DNA from: Candidatus Brocadiia bacterium
GTDB lineage: Bacteria > Planctomycetota > Brocadiia > CAIUPP01
Length of the DNA stretch: 38,898 nt
Assembly: GCA_050015075.1 (NCBI GenBank)
Contig: JBEKCB010000038.1
Location: 1-38,898, forward strand
Direction: 5' to 3'
In this document: one piece after another, positions 17,361 to 27,438 of the stretch
How positions within the stretch are numbered: the stretch's first letter is position 1
Layout: each line of letters starts with the position of its first letter
Made by a program: the position numbers and the translations under genes
Notes under the pieces: model-generated
The model's input: only the letters and a program-made list of their open reading frames with translations
Told to the model about the DNA's origin: nothing
Databases searched by the model: none

Positions 17361-17561
17361 TCACAACGGGCCGATGATCACCTTCACGCGGCCGATCACC
17401 CCGCCAACCAGGCGCACTTTGATGCCGTGAGGGTGGGTGGCGGAACGGGTGAGAATGTCCTGCACGGTTCCTTCCGTCAGTTTCCCGGACCGCTGGTCCT
17501 GCTTCTGCACAACCTGCACGCGGGCTCCAGGCGCAATGTCGGATCGCTTTTTTCCATCCAT
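17361..17561 (-). CDS. ywbE: YwbE-family (DUF2196) small protein
   Basis: MDGKKRSDI.PG..V.VVQKQDQRSGKLTEG.V.DILT.S..HPHGIKVRL..G.IGRV is the YwbE pattern. Confidence 0.88.
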   Translation of the reverse strand: MDGKKRSDIAPGARVQVVQKQDQRSGKLTEGTVQDILTRSATHPHGIKVRLVGGVIGRVKVIIGPL

Positions 17562-17573
17562 CGCCCGCGCCCC

Positions 17574-18290
17574 TTACGATGCCCATCTCGGAATGCTGCC
17601 CCACAGTTCCCGCAGCAGGCGCTTATGCCTCCGGAAGTCAGGATGATGGCGGTGCACCAGCGCCCAGAACCGCTTCGAGTGGTTCAGTTCTTCCAGGTGG
17701 CAGAGTTCGTGGACCAGGACGTAGTCCACCAGGTCCGGCGGCAGGAAAAGGAGCTTGGCATTAAGAGAGATCGTCCGCCGCGCCGAACAACTGGCCCAGC
17801 GCGTCGCTTGCCGCCTCACCAGCGCGCGCTCGTACTTCAAGCCGGTTCTGAAGCTGACATCCTGGAGTCGCGGGACGAGGCTGTTGCGCGTGTGGTGCAT
17901 GAGCCACCGCGTGAGCGCATCGCGGCAGGACGCCTCGTCCTCGATCGGGCCTGAAGCCAGCAGGCGGCCCGCGGCCTGTTCCCGGACGGATACGCGGCGC
18001 GCGCCGGTCTTCCGCCCCTCGACCTGCCACACCGTGCCGTCGGCCCGCAACTCCACCTGCAAAGGCAACTGCCACGGAGGCGTCGCCGCGAGCGCTTTGC
18101 GCTGTGATTCGACGCGCAGCAGGGCAGCCTGAATCCAGCGTCTCGAGCGTTCCAGCACGCGCGGCACGTTCCGGATGTCGTAGCCTCGCGGGACCACGAC
18201 CTCCAGGCCCTTCTGAACCGTCACGCACAGGCGGACGTTGCGCGCGCGGGCGCTCATGCGGAGCTGATAGTCAACAGCCGATCCACTCAT
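17574..18290 (-). CDS. M48/YgjP-like (DUF45) zinc metalloprotein
   Basis: Motifs RWASCS, ISLNAKL and DYVLVHELCHLEELNHSKRFW (HExxH). Confidence 0.88.
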   Translation of the reverse strand: MSGSAVDYQLRMSARARNVRLCVTVQKGLEVVVPRGYDIRNVPRVLERSRRWIQAALLRVESQRKALAATPPWQLPLQVELRADGTVWQVEGRKTGARRVSVREQAAGRLLASGPIEDEASCRDALTRWLMHHTRNSLVPRLQDVSFRTGLKYERALVRRQATRWASCSARRTISLNAKLLFLPPDLVDYVLVHELCHLEELNHSKRFWALVHRHHPDFRRHKRLLRELWGSIPRWAS

Positions 18291-18421
18291 CCGGTCCTGA
18301 GCCTCTTTCGTCGGGAATCGTCAAGGCGATGCCGGAAGTCTAACCATTATGCGTCGCAGGCGCAAAGAAGTTCCCGCGTGACATACTGGCGATTCCAAGT
18401 GAAATGAGTTAAACTGAATGC

Positions 18422-19855
18422 ATGCCATTCCAAAGACTGAAGCTCGTCGAGCCGTTGCTGCGCGCAGTGCGATCACAAGGTTACACGATCCCCACCGCCA
18501 TCCAGCGCGAAGCGATCCCTTACGTGCTGGAAGGAAGGGACCTGCTGGGCTGTGCCCAGACAGGCACCGGCAAGACGGCAGCGTTCGCGCTGCCCATACT
18601 GCAGTTGCTCCACGGCCGGCCGGCCGCGCCGAGGAGCGACGGACCAGGCGCGGCCGCCGCAGAAGGCGCATCGCACGCCCACCCCGCCGGCCACGGCGCC
18701 CACCACACGACGGGCGGGCAAGCCGGCCATCCGCACGCTCCAGCTCGCACGGCCGTTCGCGCGCTGATCCTGACGCCCACCCGCGAGCTGGCCGCCCAGA
18801 TTGACGAGAGCTTCGGCGTTTACGGCCAGTTCACCGGACTGCGGCACACAGTCGTTTTCGGCGGCGTCAGCCAGCATCCGCAGGTTCAGGCGATCCGGCA
18901 GGGTGTGGACATCCTCGTCGCCACGCCCGGGCGGTTGCTCGACCTGATCAACCAGCGGGTCCTGAGCATCCGCGAGATCGAGATATTCGTTCTGGACGAG
19001 GCCGACCGCATGCTGGACATGGGCTTCATCCATGACATCCGACGCGTGATCGCGCTGATTCCGCGGAAGCGGCAGACGCTGATGTTCTCGGCGACCATGC
19101 CGAAGGAAATCCAGGCGATGGCCGACCAGATCCTCACCAACCCGGTGGAGGTCCGCGTGCCGTCCGAGTCGCCGGCGGCCGACACCGTCCAGCAGTCGCT
19201 TTACTTCGTCGCCCAGGCGCTCAAGTCCGAGCTGCTGTATCAATTGCTGCAGAATCCGGAGATGACGAAGGCGCTGGTGTTCACCCGGACCAAACGCTGG
19301 GCCGACCGGGTGACCAAGCGGCTGACTTTCACCCACATAGCGGCCGAGGCCATACACTCGGACAAATCGCAGAAAGAGCGCACGCGGGCGCTGGAGAGCT
19401 TCAAGCGCGGCAAGACGCGCGTCCTGGTGGCCAGCGACATCGCGGCCCGCGGGCTGGACGTGGACGACATTTCGCACGTCATCAACTACGACCTGCCGCT
19501 CGACCCGGAAACCTACGTTCATCGCATCGGCCGCACCGGGCGGGCCGGGGCGCGCGGGCAGGCGATCACATTCTGCACCGACGAGCAACATGATGAGTTG
19601 CGCGCCATCGAGAAGCTTTTGGGGCGGCGCATTCCCGTCCTTCAGCATTCCCTGAAGCCACAGCCCGGCTCGCCGAAGGACGCCGCCCAAGGCCATCGCG
19701 CCGGCCAGGCGCATCACCGGCCTGCGTCCGCCGGCGGCGGGAACTCCCAGCATCCGCACCAGAGGTCGCAGTCCGGCGATCAGCAGAAGAACCAGTTCTG
19801 GCAAAGCAGACGCAAAACTCAGCGGCAGGGTTCCGGGCGGCGCAGAGGCCGTTAG
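18422..19855 (+). CDS. rhlE: DEAD-box RNA helicase (RhlE-like)
   Basis: Q-motif [40 protein letters not shown] and [10 protein letters not shown], with a basic Gln/Arg-rich tail. Confidence 0.92.
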   Translation: MPFQRLKLVEPLLRAVRSQGYTIPTAIQREAIPYVLEGRDLLGCAQTGTGKTAAFALPILQLLHGRPAAPRSDGPGAAAAEGASHAHPAGHGAHHTTGGQAGHPHAPARTAVRALILTPTRELAAQIDESFGVYGQFTGLRHTVVFGGVSQHPQVQAIRQGVDILVATPGRLLDLINQRVLSIREIEIFVLDEADRMLDMGFIHDIRRVIALIPRKRQTLMFSATMPKEIQAMADQILTNPVEVRVPSESPAADTVQQSLYFVAQALKSELLYQLLQNPEMTKALVFTRTKRWADRVTKRLTFTHIAAEAIHSDKSQKERTRALESFKRGKTRVLVASDIAARGLDVDDISHVINYDLPLDPETYVHRIGRTGRAGARGQAITFCTDEQHDELRAIEKLLGRRIPVLQHSLKPQPGSPKDAAQGHRAGQAHHRPASAGGGNSQHPHQRSQSGDQQKNQFWQSRRKTQRQGSGRRRGR

Positions 19856-20145
19856 GATGCTTTCCAGACAATCCTGTGGATGCTCCTTCAGTTCTTCGCG
19901 CCGCGCCATGGCCCTGATTTGATCGCCCAAATCGCACATCGGAATTCATTTAATTTTGTGTAGAACTAAGACACAGCCTTTGATACAATAATTATCCGTA
20001 AAGATGCAATTACAGCAATTATGAAATGCTTCGGAATTCACGAGCGGATTAGACGTGTTACTGCAAGCCGCTATCTCACAGTCTGTTGCATCATTGAGAT
20101 TCGCTCCGCCGGCGTTCTGTCTGTCAGCGGCACTGCGCCTCTGGC

Positions 20146-20174
20146 TTGACAAGACGCTCATTATTTCTGATATT
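20146..20174 (+). promoter_or_regulatory. Possible promoter for the kinase gene (TTGACA-N17-GATATT)
   Basis: Perfect -35 at 20146-20151 and a weak -10, 50 nt before the ATG at 20225, within an AT-rich intergenic region. Confidence 0.4.
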
Positions 20175-20224
20175 AGTGCAGTAGCTATGGTTCCTGGAAT
20201 CGGCAAACAGGATATGTAGCGCCA

Positions 20225-23200
20225 ATGGCTCAGGCCGAGAAAAAGGTCACCTGTCCGGTCTGTGCATACGAGTTGAGCGTCAAGCCCGACGCGGACTTGG
20301 CGCACCTCGTCTGTCCGCATTGCGAGGCCAGCATCCCGGAGCAAGTGGTGCGAGGTCTGTCCGAGGCGGCCGAAGATCTCGCGCTGGGCTTCAAGCCGGG
20401 CCAGCAACTCGGCAACTACGTCATCGAGGCGCTCCTGGGCTCCGGCGGCATGGCCGTCGTCTTCCGCGGCCGGCAGTTGTCCCTCAACCGCATCGTCGCC
20501 ATCAAGATCCTTTCGAAAGACCTCGCCAAGAACAAGCTTTTCATCAAGCGGTTCGACAGGGAAGCGACGGTCCTCGCCAACCTGAATCACCCCAATATCG
20601 TCAGCGTGTTCGACCGCGGCTGCGAAGGCGAGACCTATTTCATCGTGATGGAATACGTCGAGGGCCAGACGCTGAAGGACCGCCTGCACCAGGAGGGAAA
20701 ACTCGCGCCGGGCCAGGTGCTGCAGATCGGCGAACAGGTGCTCGCCGGGCTGGCCTACGCGCACCGGCACGGTGTGGTGCACCGCGACATCAAGCCGGGC
20801 AACATCATGATCGACCGCGAGGAGAAGGTGAAGATCGCCGACTTCGGCCTGGCGCACCTGGCCAAGGCGCAGGGCGGTCTGGATGTCACGCGCGACTATC
20901 ACACCATGGGCACGCTCAAGTACATGGCGCCGGAGCAGCTCACCAGCGCCAGGAATATTGACGAGCGCAGCGACATCTACAGCTTCGGCGTCTGCCTCTA
21001 TGAACTGATCACCGGGAGACTTCCGCTCGGCATGTTCAGGATGCCCACGGAGATGGACAGCGCCCTGGACGTGCGCTGGGACGATATCATCCAGCACTCG
21101 CTCAGAGAGGACCCGAAGAACCGCTTTGCGAGCGCCGACGAGATGGCGCAGGCGCTGCGCGAGCTGGCCACCACGCCGCCGATCACGCAGGCTCAGCGCG
21201 AGAAGGAAGAGGATTCCACCTCCAAGGTCCGAGGCGTGCTCAGCCTGACCACCTGCGCCGGTTGCGGGCATGAGAGCGCGCCGGAGGCCCGCCAATGTGA
21301 AAAGTGCGGGGCGAGCCTCGAGGATATCTTCGACGAGTGCCCGTCCTGCAAGATCGAGAACCGGCTGGACGTTGCGCAATGTCCCGGTTGCGGCACGGAC
21401 CTGGCCCGGCACCGGCGCCAACTGCACAAGGAGGTGCACGCCATTCAGGCGAAAGCAAGGCAGTCCGTCGCCGACCACCAATTCGATTCGGCCCTGCAGG
21501 AGTTGAAAAAACTCGATCGCTTCCGCACGCGGGAATACGCCTCCATGAAGGAAAGCGCCCGCACCTGGATCGAACAGGTCAGCCAGCGTCGCGAACGGTT
21601 CCTCCGGCGCACCTACGAGGCCGGGCAGCGCATGGTCGCCGAGGGGCACATCGAGCGCGCGCTGGAGTTCTGGAGCGCGCTTCCGGACAGCTACGAGGAC
21701 ATCGTCACGCGCAGGAAGGACATCGCCGCGAGGGCTGATGCGGCCGGCGTCGCGGCGGCCGCGGGCGACCGCTTTTACGAACAGGGCGACGTCGCCCACG
21801 CCGTCTCGGAGTGGGAGAAAGCCGTCGCGTCCCGGCCCGGCGACATCGAACTCAAGAAGCGCCTCGCCGCCGCCCGCGATCAACTGGGCAACCTCACCCT
21901 CAAGCGCAACTACCTGAAAGAAGCGGACGAAGAGGCAGGGCACGGCAACTTCGAAGAGGCGCGCGTCCTTTGCCGGAAGGCGCTCGACCTGGACCCCAGC
22001 GACGCATCGGCGCTCCGCGTCGCTAAAGAAATCGAAGACAAGGAGAGCGAAGTCTCCGAGCTCAAGCACGTTTACCTGCAGGAAGCAAGCGAAGAGGCGG
22101 AGCGAGGCAACTTCGATGAGGCGCTGGCCCTTTGCCGGAAGGCGCTCGAGTTGGATCCGCACGACGCGTCGGCCCTCCTCGTCACTAGAGAAATCGAGAA
22201 CAAGGGGCGCGGGCTCGCCGGGAGCAAGGCGCCGCCCCTTTCCGGGCGGCTGCATCTCAAGCCGATTCTTGTGGCCCCCGCTTTCCTCGGTATCATTGTG
22301 CTGGGGCTCTGGTTCTTCTGCTGGCACATTCCGAGGACGCGCGCGGAAACGGCGGCGAGAATCGCGATGGAGACGGACAAGGCCTTCAACGAGGCGCTCT
22401 CCTTGAAGAAGGAGGGCAAGCTCGCTGACGCGATCGCGGTGTGCAATGGAATCGCCAAGGATTATCCCGGCTACGCGGACAAAGCGAATGACCTGTCGGC
22501 GGAAATGCAGAAACTGAACGACGACGCGCGTGCCCGCTGCAAAGAGGCGGAAGCCCTCGCCTGGAGGGGCGACCTCGATTCCTTGATCGCAGGCTTCAAC
22601 AAGTACCAGGAGAGCCTTCTCGGTCCCCCGGTTACGCTGGTCGCCGAGTGCCGGGAATCGGCCGCGCGCCGGCTGGAGGAAATCCGCAACGGCATCGCGC
22701 TGGCCGAAGAGCAACTGGGGGCGCAAGACGAGAAGAACGGCGACTGGCGCGCGGCGCTGGAGCGATACCGTTTGGTCGCGGAGAAGTTCGGATTCCATCG
22801 CGATCCCATACCGTCCAAGATCGTTCGGGCGCAAAAACGACTCCACGACTGCGCCGTCCAGATGCAGCTTGGCCAGGAGGCGTTCCGGGCGTCCAAGTGG
22901 GACGCGGCGTATCATGCCGCCGTCGCGGCGCTCGACCTGGTGTCGGCCGATCCTGATGCCTGCAGTCTGCTCGCGAGCGTCGCACCGAAACTGCAGCCGC
23001 CGCCCGGAATGGTGCTGGTCCCGCCCGGAAAGTACATCGTCGGCGGCAGCGAGGGCAATCCCCGGCGCACGGTGGAGCTGCCGTTCGGACTCTTCATCGC
23101 CGTCAAGGAGGTCACGTGCGGCCGCTTCGCGGAATTCCTGCATGCGACGGGACGGCCGGCGCCGCCGGGATGGGTGGAGCCGCAGGACAACGAGGAAATG

Positions 23201-24139
23201 CCCGTCGCGAACGTCACCTGGTCGGAAGCCGCGGCGTTCGCCGCGTGGGCCGGCTGCGGCCTGCCCACGGAGGAACAATGGGAGTGCGCCTGTCGCGGAC
23301 CTTCGGGCCAACTCTATCCCTGGGGCGACACGTGGGCGCCGGGCAACGCCGTGCTGGGATTCGGTCCCGTGCCCGTCGGCAGCGCCAAGGGCGATCGCAG
23401 TCCCTTCGGCTGCATGGATATGGCGGGTAATGTTGCGCAGTGGACGGCCACGGCGCTGGACTCCTCAGCAGCCGCGCCCCGGTCGTACATCGTCAAGGGC
23501 GGTTCCTGGGCCGGAATGGAGGAACAGCGGCCGACCCGCGTAGTCGCGGTCCCCATGCCGTATGGAGCCACGGATGCGCCGGTGCTCCTCGCGGCCGACT
23601 CCAGGACGCCGGAGTGGATGGTTCGATATCCCTCCAACATCGAGACGGAGTATCTGGGCGCGATCGCCACGGCCGATTACACGTACGTCCTGGTTCGCAA
23701 ATGGATGCCGGACTGGGATCACTGGGCCGAGTCGAAGTTTCGGGTGATGCTCGATCAAGAGATCGGCGGCACCGCCGTCATCGCCGTGGACGAAGGTCCC
23801 AAGCCCCGGCGGAGGATCGTGACGCTGTCCCTCGCGACGGGTTGCATTGCCGTGAAGCAGGAGCCGAAGGAGTGGCTGGACGTGCGCGACCCTTCAGGCG
23901 TGATCCGCCGGCTGCCCCTGGTCAGCGGCGCAGCGTCGCGGTCGGCAAAACCCAATGAGTGCAAAGACGCGCCGCCCGCGCCGGAAATGTCGCTGGAGAG
24001 CGCCGTGACCGCCGCGAGCCGCATGGTCGGCCGCGAGAACGCGCGCTACATCAACGTCGGCTTCCGTTGCGCGAAAACGCTCTGGCCTCTCACGGCTTCC
24101 GCCGAAGAAGCGCCGAAACACACCGCTCAGCGCCAGTAG
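20225..24139 (+). CDS. Membrane Hanks-type Ser/Thr kinase: Zn-ribbon, kinase, double Zn-ribbon, TPR-like repeats, TM helix, helical region, FGE-sulfatase (SUMF1-like) domain
   Basis: CPVC/CPHC; [32 protein letters not shown]; four CxxC; TPR-like helices; [22 protein letters not shown]; FGE motifs [43 protein letters not shown] and NVGFRC. Confidence 0.93.
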   Translation: MAQAEKKVTCPVCAYELSVKPDADLAHLVCPHCEASIPEQVVRGLSEAAEDLALGFKPGQQLGNYVIEALLGSGGMAVVFRGRQLSLNRIVAIKILSKDLAKNKLFIKRFDREATVLANLNHPNIVSVFDRGCEGETYFIVMEYVEGQTLKDRLHQEGKLAPGQVLQIGEQVLAGLAYAHRHGVVHRDIKPGNIMIDREEKVKIADFGLAHLAKAQGGLDVTRDYHTMGTLKYMAPEQLTSARNIDERSDIYSFGVCLYELITGRLPLGMFRMPTEMDSALDVRWDDIIQHSLREDPKNRFASADEMAQALRELATTPPITQAQREKEEDSTSKVRGVLSLTTCAGCGHESAPEARQCEKCGASLEDIFDECPSCKIENRLDVAQCPGCGTDLARHRRQLHKEVHAIQAKARQSVADHQFDSALQELKKLDRFRTREYASMKESARTWIEQVSQRRERFLRRTYEAGQRMVAEGHIERALEFWSALPDSYEDIVTRRKDIAARADAAGVAAAAGDRFYEQGDVAHAVSEWEKAVASRPGDIELKKRLAAARDQLGNLTLKRNYLKEADEEAGHGNFEEARVLCRKALDLDPSDASALRVAKEIEDKESEVSELKHVYLQEASEEAERGNFDEALALCRKALELDPHDASALLVTREIENKGRGLAGSKAPPLSGRLHLKPILVAPAFLGIIVLGLWFFCWHIPRTRAETAARIAMETDKAFNEALSLKKEGKLADAIAVCNGIAKDYPGYADKANDLSAEMQKLNDDARARCKEAEALAWRGDLDSLIAGFNKYQESLLGPPVTLVAECRESAARRLEEIRNGIALAEEQLGAQDEKNGDWRAALERYRLVAEKFGFHRDPIPSKIVRAQKRLHDCAVQMQLGQEAFRASKWDAAYHAAVAALDLVSADPDACSLLASVAPKLQPPPGMVLVPPGKYIVGGSEGNPRRTVELPFGLFIAVKEVTCGRFAEFLHATGRPAPPGWVEPQDNEEMPVANVTWSEAAAFAAWAGCGLPTEEQWECACRGPSGQLYPWGDTWAPGNAVLGFGPVPVGSAKGDRSPFGCMDMAGNVAQWTATALDSSAAAPRSYIVKGGSWAGMEEQRPTRVVAVPMPYGATDAPVLLAADSRTPEWMVRYPSNIETEYLGAIATADYTYVLVRKWMPDWDHWAESKFRVMLDQEIGGTAVIAVDEGPKPRRRIVTLSLATGCIAVKQEPKEWLDVRDPSGVIRRLPLVSGAASRSAKPNECKDAPPAPEMSLESAVTAASRMVGRENARYINVGFRCAKTLWPLTASAEEAPKHTAQRQ
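21899..22204 (+). repeat. Tandem intragenic duplication with a 162-bp (54-aa) period in the kinase TPR region
   Basis: [48 protein letters not shown] (from 21899) versus [48 protein letters not shown] (from 22061). The similarity is still visible at the DNA level. Confidence 0.85.
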
Positions 24140-24528
24140 CCGCCGCCGTGAACCCAGCCGCCGTGCGGGCCGCGAACCCAGCCGTGCGGAACCCACACTG
24201 CGCCCGGGCGCGGCCTGTGTCCCCAATAGCCGCGGTGCCAGGCCCAGCGGCCGCCTTCCCACGCCCACCATCCGGGAACCCAGAGGAAATCCACTTCCGG
24301 GCCCGGCGCAGGTTCGATCACTTCGGCCGGCGGAGGCGGCGGTTGCTCTACGCCGACGGCGATTTCCGGCTCCGGCGGAGGGGGCGCCGGTTGCGGCGCA
24401 ACGACGACCACCGGCGGCGGCGGAGCGTAGTACACCCGCCGCGGCCTCGGACCCCAGTCCCAGTAGCAACCGCCCACGAACAGGCATCCGGCCGCAATGG
24501 ACCCGACCATCAGTTTTGTCGCGCTCAC
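24127..24528 (-). CDS. Pro-rich YXWGXW (WXXGXW)-repeat lipoprotein
   Basis: GTG at 24528 with GGAGG RBS. Lipobox-like LFVGGC, poly-Pro linker, and repeats [26 protein letters not shown]. The 3' end overlaps the kinase stop by 13 nt. Confidence 0.82.
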   Translation of the reverse strand: MSATKLMVGSIAAGCLFVGGCYWDWGPRPRRVYYAPPPPVVVVAPQPAPPPPEPEIAVGVEQPPPPPAEVIEPAPGPEVDFLWVPGWWAWEGGRWAWHRGYWGHRPRPGAVWVPHGWVRGPHGGWVHGGGYWR

Positions 24529-24631
24529 CTTTCGACCTCCCAAAATGTGCACAGACTCCATTTTCGCCTCTGTAATTCGGGGTTTCCCGGAGGGCAGCCT
24601 TCCACGCACGGGGCAGGCATCAGCAAACTAT

Positions 24632-24660
24632 ATTCTGACGATCGCGGTCGCCCGTGTCAA
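24632..24660 (-). promoter_or_regulatory. Sigma70-like promoter (TTGACA-N17-CAGAAT) for the YXWGXW gene
   Basis: tgtcaa at 24655-24660 and attctg at 24632-24637. Confidence 0.6.
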
Positions 24661-24691
24661 CCGTTGTTCCGGCATATCAGGTAATCGGTGA

Positions 24692-24719
24692 TTGACTGGC
24701 AAGAAGCAATGGCTATACT
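24692..24719 (+). promoter_or_regulatory. Sigma70-like promoter (TTGACT-N16-TATACT) for the UroD-like/ABC operon
   Basis: ttgact at 24692-24697 and tatact at 24714-24719, back-to-back with the minus-strand promoter. Confidence 0.55.
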
Positions 24720-24775
24720 GTCCGCAGCAATGAGACGGGAAGCCGGCGGAGCAAAACTCGCTTCGGAGAACGCGC

Positions 24776-26011
24776 ATGCCGAGCAGGAAGGACGTGGCAA
24801 TCGTACGGGATCTGGCCGCGCGCGTGGCGGAAATTGCCGCGCTGCCGGTGCAGGAGGAAAAGCGGGTGTTGTGGCGCAAACTGAACGCGCGCAAACCCGC
24901 GCGTCCCATGGTGATGATAGACCAGATCTGCTGGAACGAAATGAACGTCGGCGATGAACTGACCCCGACGTGCGCCGACGCGGAATGCCGCGGGTACGAG
25001 GAGCGCCTCCGTCGGACGATCTACCAATGGAAGCATTTCCCCGTGGACAAGGCGGTGGACCCCTTCATCACGGTGCCCAAGGCGATTCGCAACAGCGGCT
25101 TCGGCGTCGCGATAGAAGAGGAGACCGCCGTCACCGACCCGACGAGCGACGTGGTCGGCCACAGGTACGAAAACCAGTTTCGGACTGAAGCCGACCTCGA
25201 GAAGATCCGCACGCCGCGAATCAGCCACGACGCCGCCGAGACCGAACGCCGCATGGCCGTGGCCCACGAGCTTTTCGACGGTCTGCTGGACGTGCGGCCA
25301 TGGGGCGCCGATCCCTATTTGTCGCTCTGGGACCTCGTCGCGATGTGGATGGGTGTGGAGAACGCATTGTTCGCCCTGGCGGACAAGCCCGACTTCATGC
25401 ACCGCATGGTGGCCCGGTTGACGGACGGCTACTTGTGCATGCTCGATCAACTGGAGAAACAGGGACTCCTGTGCGAACCCCAGAGCCTGATCCACTGCAC
25501 CGGCGCCTATACGGATGAGCTGCCCGCTCCGGGCTACGACCCGCGGAAGCCGCGCACGAAGGATCTTTGGATGTTCGGACTGGCGCAGATGTTCGCCACG
25601 GTTTCGCCCGGCATGTTCAAGGAATTCGAGGTGGATTATGCCGGCCGCATCTGCGAGCGCTTCGGCCTGGTCTACTACGGCTGTTGCGATCCGCTGGACG
25701 GTAAAATGGCCGAGGTCCGCATGATCCCGCATGTGCGCAAGGTCTCCATGAGTCCGTGGGTGAACGAAGAGCGCGGCGCGGCGGAGATCGGGGGCGACTT
25801 CGTCTACTCCCGGAAGCCCAGCCCCGCTTTGCTCGCAACGGATGGTTTCAGCCCGGAGAAAGTCCGGGCGGACCTGGCGGCGACGCGGTCGGTCTGCGAG
25901 AAATACGGATGCCCGCTGGAGTTCATCCTGAAGGATATCAGCACCGTGCGCTATGAGCCGCAGCGCCTTTACGAGTGGGCTCGCATCGCCATGCAGGTGG
26001 CGGGCGGCTGA
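24776..26011 (+). CDS. Uroporphyrinogen decarboxylase/MtaA-CmuA-superfamily (URO-D-like) TIM-barrel protein
   Basis: GGAGA RBS. Motifs WMGVENALFALADKPDFMH, VSPGMFKEF, YYGCCDPLD, VSMSPW, SRKPSP and EFILKDIST. Confidence 0.75.
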   Translation: MPSRKDVAIVRDLAARVAEIAALPVQEEKRVLWRKLNARKPARPMVMIDQICWNEMNVGDELTPTCADAECRGYEERLRRTIYQWKHFPVDKAVDPFITVPKAIRNSGFGVAIEEETAVTDPTSDVVGHRYENQFRTEADLEKIRTPRISHDAAETERRMAVAHELFDGLLDVRPWGADPYLSLWDLVAMWMGVENALFALADKPDFMHRMVARLTDGYLCMLDQLEKQGLLCEPQSLIHCTGAYTDELPAPGYDPRKPRTKDLWMFGLAQMFATVSPGMFKEFEVDYAGRICERFGLVYYGCCDPLDGKMAEVRMIPHVRKVSMSPWVNEERGAAEIGGDFVYSRKPSPALLATDGFSPEKVRADLAATRSVCEKYGCPLEFILKDISTVRYEPQRLYEWARIAMQVAGG

Positions 26012-26052
26012 CGCCCGCTTTCATCATGGGAAATCCCGGAGTCGCACAGGCC

Positions 26053-27438
26053 ATGAGCCGCATCTCAGCCGTACTGCTTTGTCTGCTCTTAGGCGGCTGC
26101 GGCGGCGCGCCCGACGGCAAGGTCCATGTCTCTTACTGGGAGAAGTGGACCGGGGCCGAAGGCGAGGCGATGCAGAAGGTGGTGGACCAGTTCAATCGCC
26201 GGCAGGACAAAATCGTCGTCGAGTACCTGGGCATCTCCGATCTCGCCCGCAAAACGCTCATCGCCACCGCGGGCGGCGACCCGCCGGACGTGGCGGGCAT
26301 CTGGCTTGCCAATACCTACACGTTCGCGGACCTGAACGCGTTGGTGCCGCTGGACGATTTCATCCGCGGCGAAGGGACGACGCCGGAGAAGTGGGCTGAA
26401 CGGTATGATCCGGTCTATGGGGACATGGGCGTCTACCGCGGCGCGACGTGGGCGGTGCCGAGCACGCCGTCCGTGGCGGTGCTCTACTGGAACAAGGCCA
26501 TGTTCCGCGCCGCCGGGCTGGACCCGGAACACCCGCCGCGCACGCTGGCGGAACTGGACGACATGGCGGAGAAGCTGACGAAGCGCGACCCGCAGACCGG
26601 CGACATCACGCAGCTGGGTTTTCTGCCGCAGGAGCCGGGCTGGTTTGCGTGGGCATTTCCGCAATGGTTCGGCGGCCGGCTTTGGGACGGCCAGGAGATC
26701 ACCATCGGCACGGCGCCGGGCAACCTGGAATGTTACCAGTGGGTGCAGAAATATACGGAGAAGTACGGTCTGGAACCGATCAAGGCGTTCACGAGCGGGT
26801 TCGGCAATTTCGCGTCGCCCCAGAACCCGTTTTTCTCCGCCCAGATCGCGATGGTTTTCCAAGGCGTCTGGCTGAACAACTACATCCGCCAGTTTGCCCC
26901 GGGCATGGAATACGGCTGCGCGCCCTGGCCGGCGGTGAAGCCGGAACTCGCGGACTTCGCGGATGCCGAAGCCGACATGCTCGCCATTCCGCGGGGCGCG
27001 AAACATCCGAAAGAGGCGTGGGAATTCATCAAGTTCGTCAGCTCCCTCAACCCGCAGGCCCGGAGCCAGAAAGAGTTGCTCGGCATGGAACTGCTCTGCT
27101 TCCTGCAGGAGAAGAACTCGCCGCTGCGGCAGTGGAGCCCGTTCTTCGAGCAGCATCACCCGCATCCGTATATCGAGTTGTTCCGCCGGTTGGCGCAGAG
27201 TCCGCATGCCGTGCACACGCCGAAGATCGGCATCTGGGAGGAATTCGCCAGCGAGCAGGGTGAGGTCTTCGAGAAGGTGCGCTTGCTGATGGAGCCGCCC
27301 GCCGCGGCGCTGGCGTTCTGCCAGGGGCGCGTGGCCGAGCGCTGGGCCGAGCACCGGCGGAGCCTCGCGCGACATGGTCTCTATGCCGGGACGGCAGCCC
27401 CGCAGTCGTCCGCCGCCGAGGGCCATCCATTCCCATGA
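26053..27438 (+). CDS. CUT1-family sugar ABC transporter substrate-binding lipoprotein
   Basis: Lipobox MSRISAVLLCLLLGGC. Motifs AGGDPPDV, LYWNKAMFRAAGLDP..PP.T..EL and KHPKEAWEFIKF. Confidence 0.92.
   Translation: MSRISAVLLCLLLGGCGGAPDGKVHVSYWEKWTGAEGEAMQKVVDQFNRRQDKIVVEYLGISDLARKTLIATAGGDPPDVAGIWLANTYTFADLNALVPLDDFIRGEGTTPEKWAERYDPVYGDMGVYRGATWAVPSTPSVAVLYWNKAMFRAAGLDPEHPPRTLAELDDMAEKLTKRDPQTGDITQLGFLPQEPGWFAWAFPQWFGGRLWDGQEITIGTAPGNLECYQWVQKYTEKYGLEPIKAFTSGFGNFASPQNPFFSAQIAMVFQGVWLNNYIRQFAPGMEYGCAPWPAVKPELADFADAEADMLAIPRGAKHPKEAWEFIKFVSSLNPQARSQKELLGMELLCFLQEKNSPLRQWSPFFEQHHPHPYIELFRRLAQSPHAVHTPKIGIWEEFASEQGEVFEKVRLLMEPPAAALAFCQGRVAERWAEHRRSLARHGLYAGTAAPQSSAAEGHPFP

Noticed and set aside
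23990-24139. Kinase FGE C-terminus as a DGR variable region
   Set aside because: No second copy of this sequence (TR) and no RT were seen in the window. A remote TR cannot be excluded without a genome-wide search.
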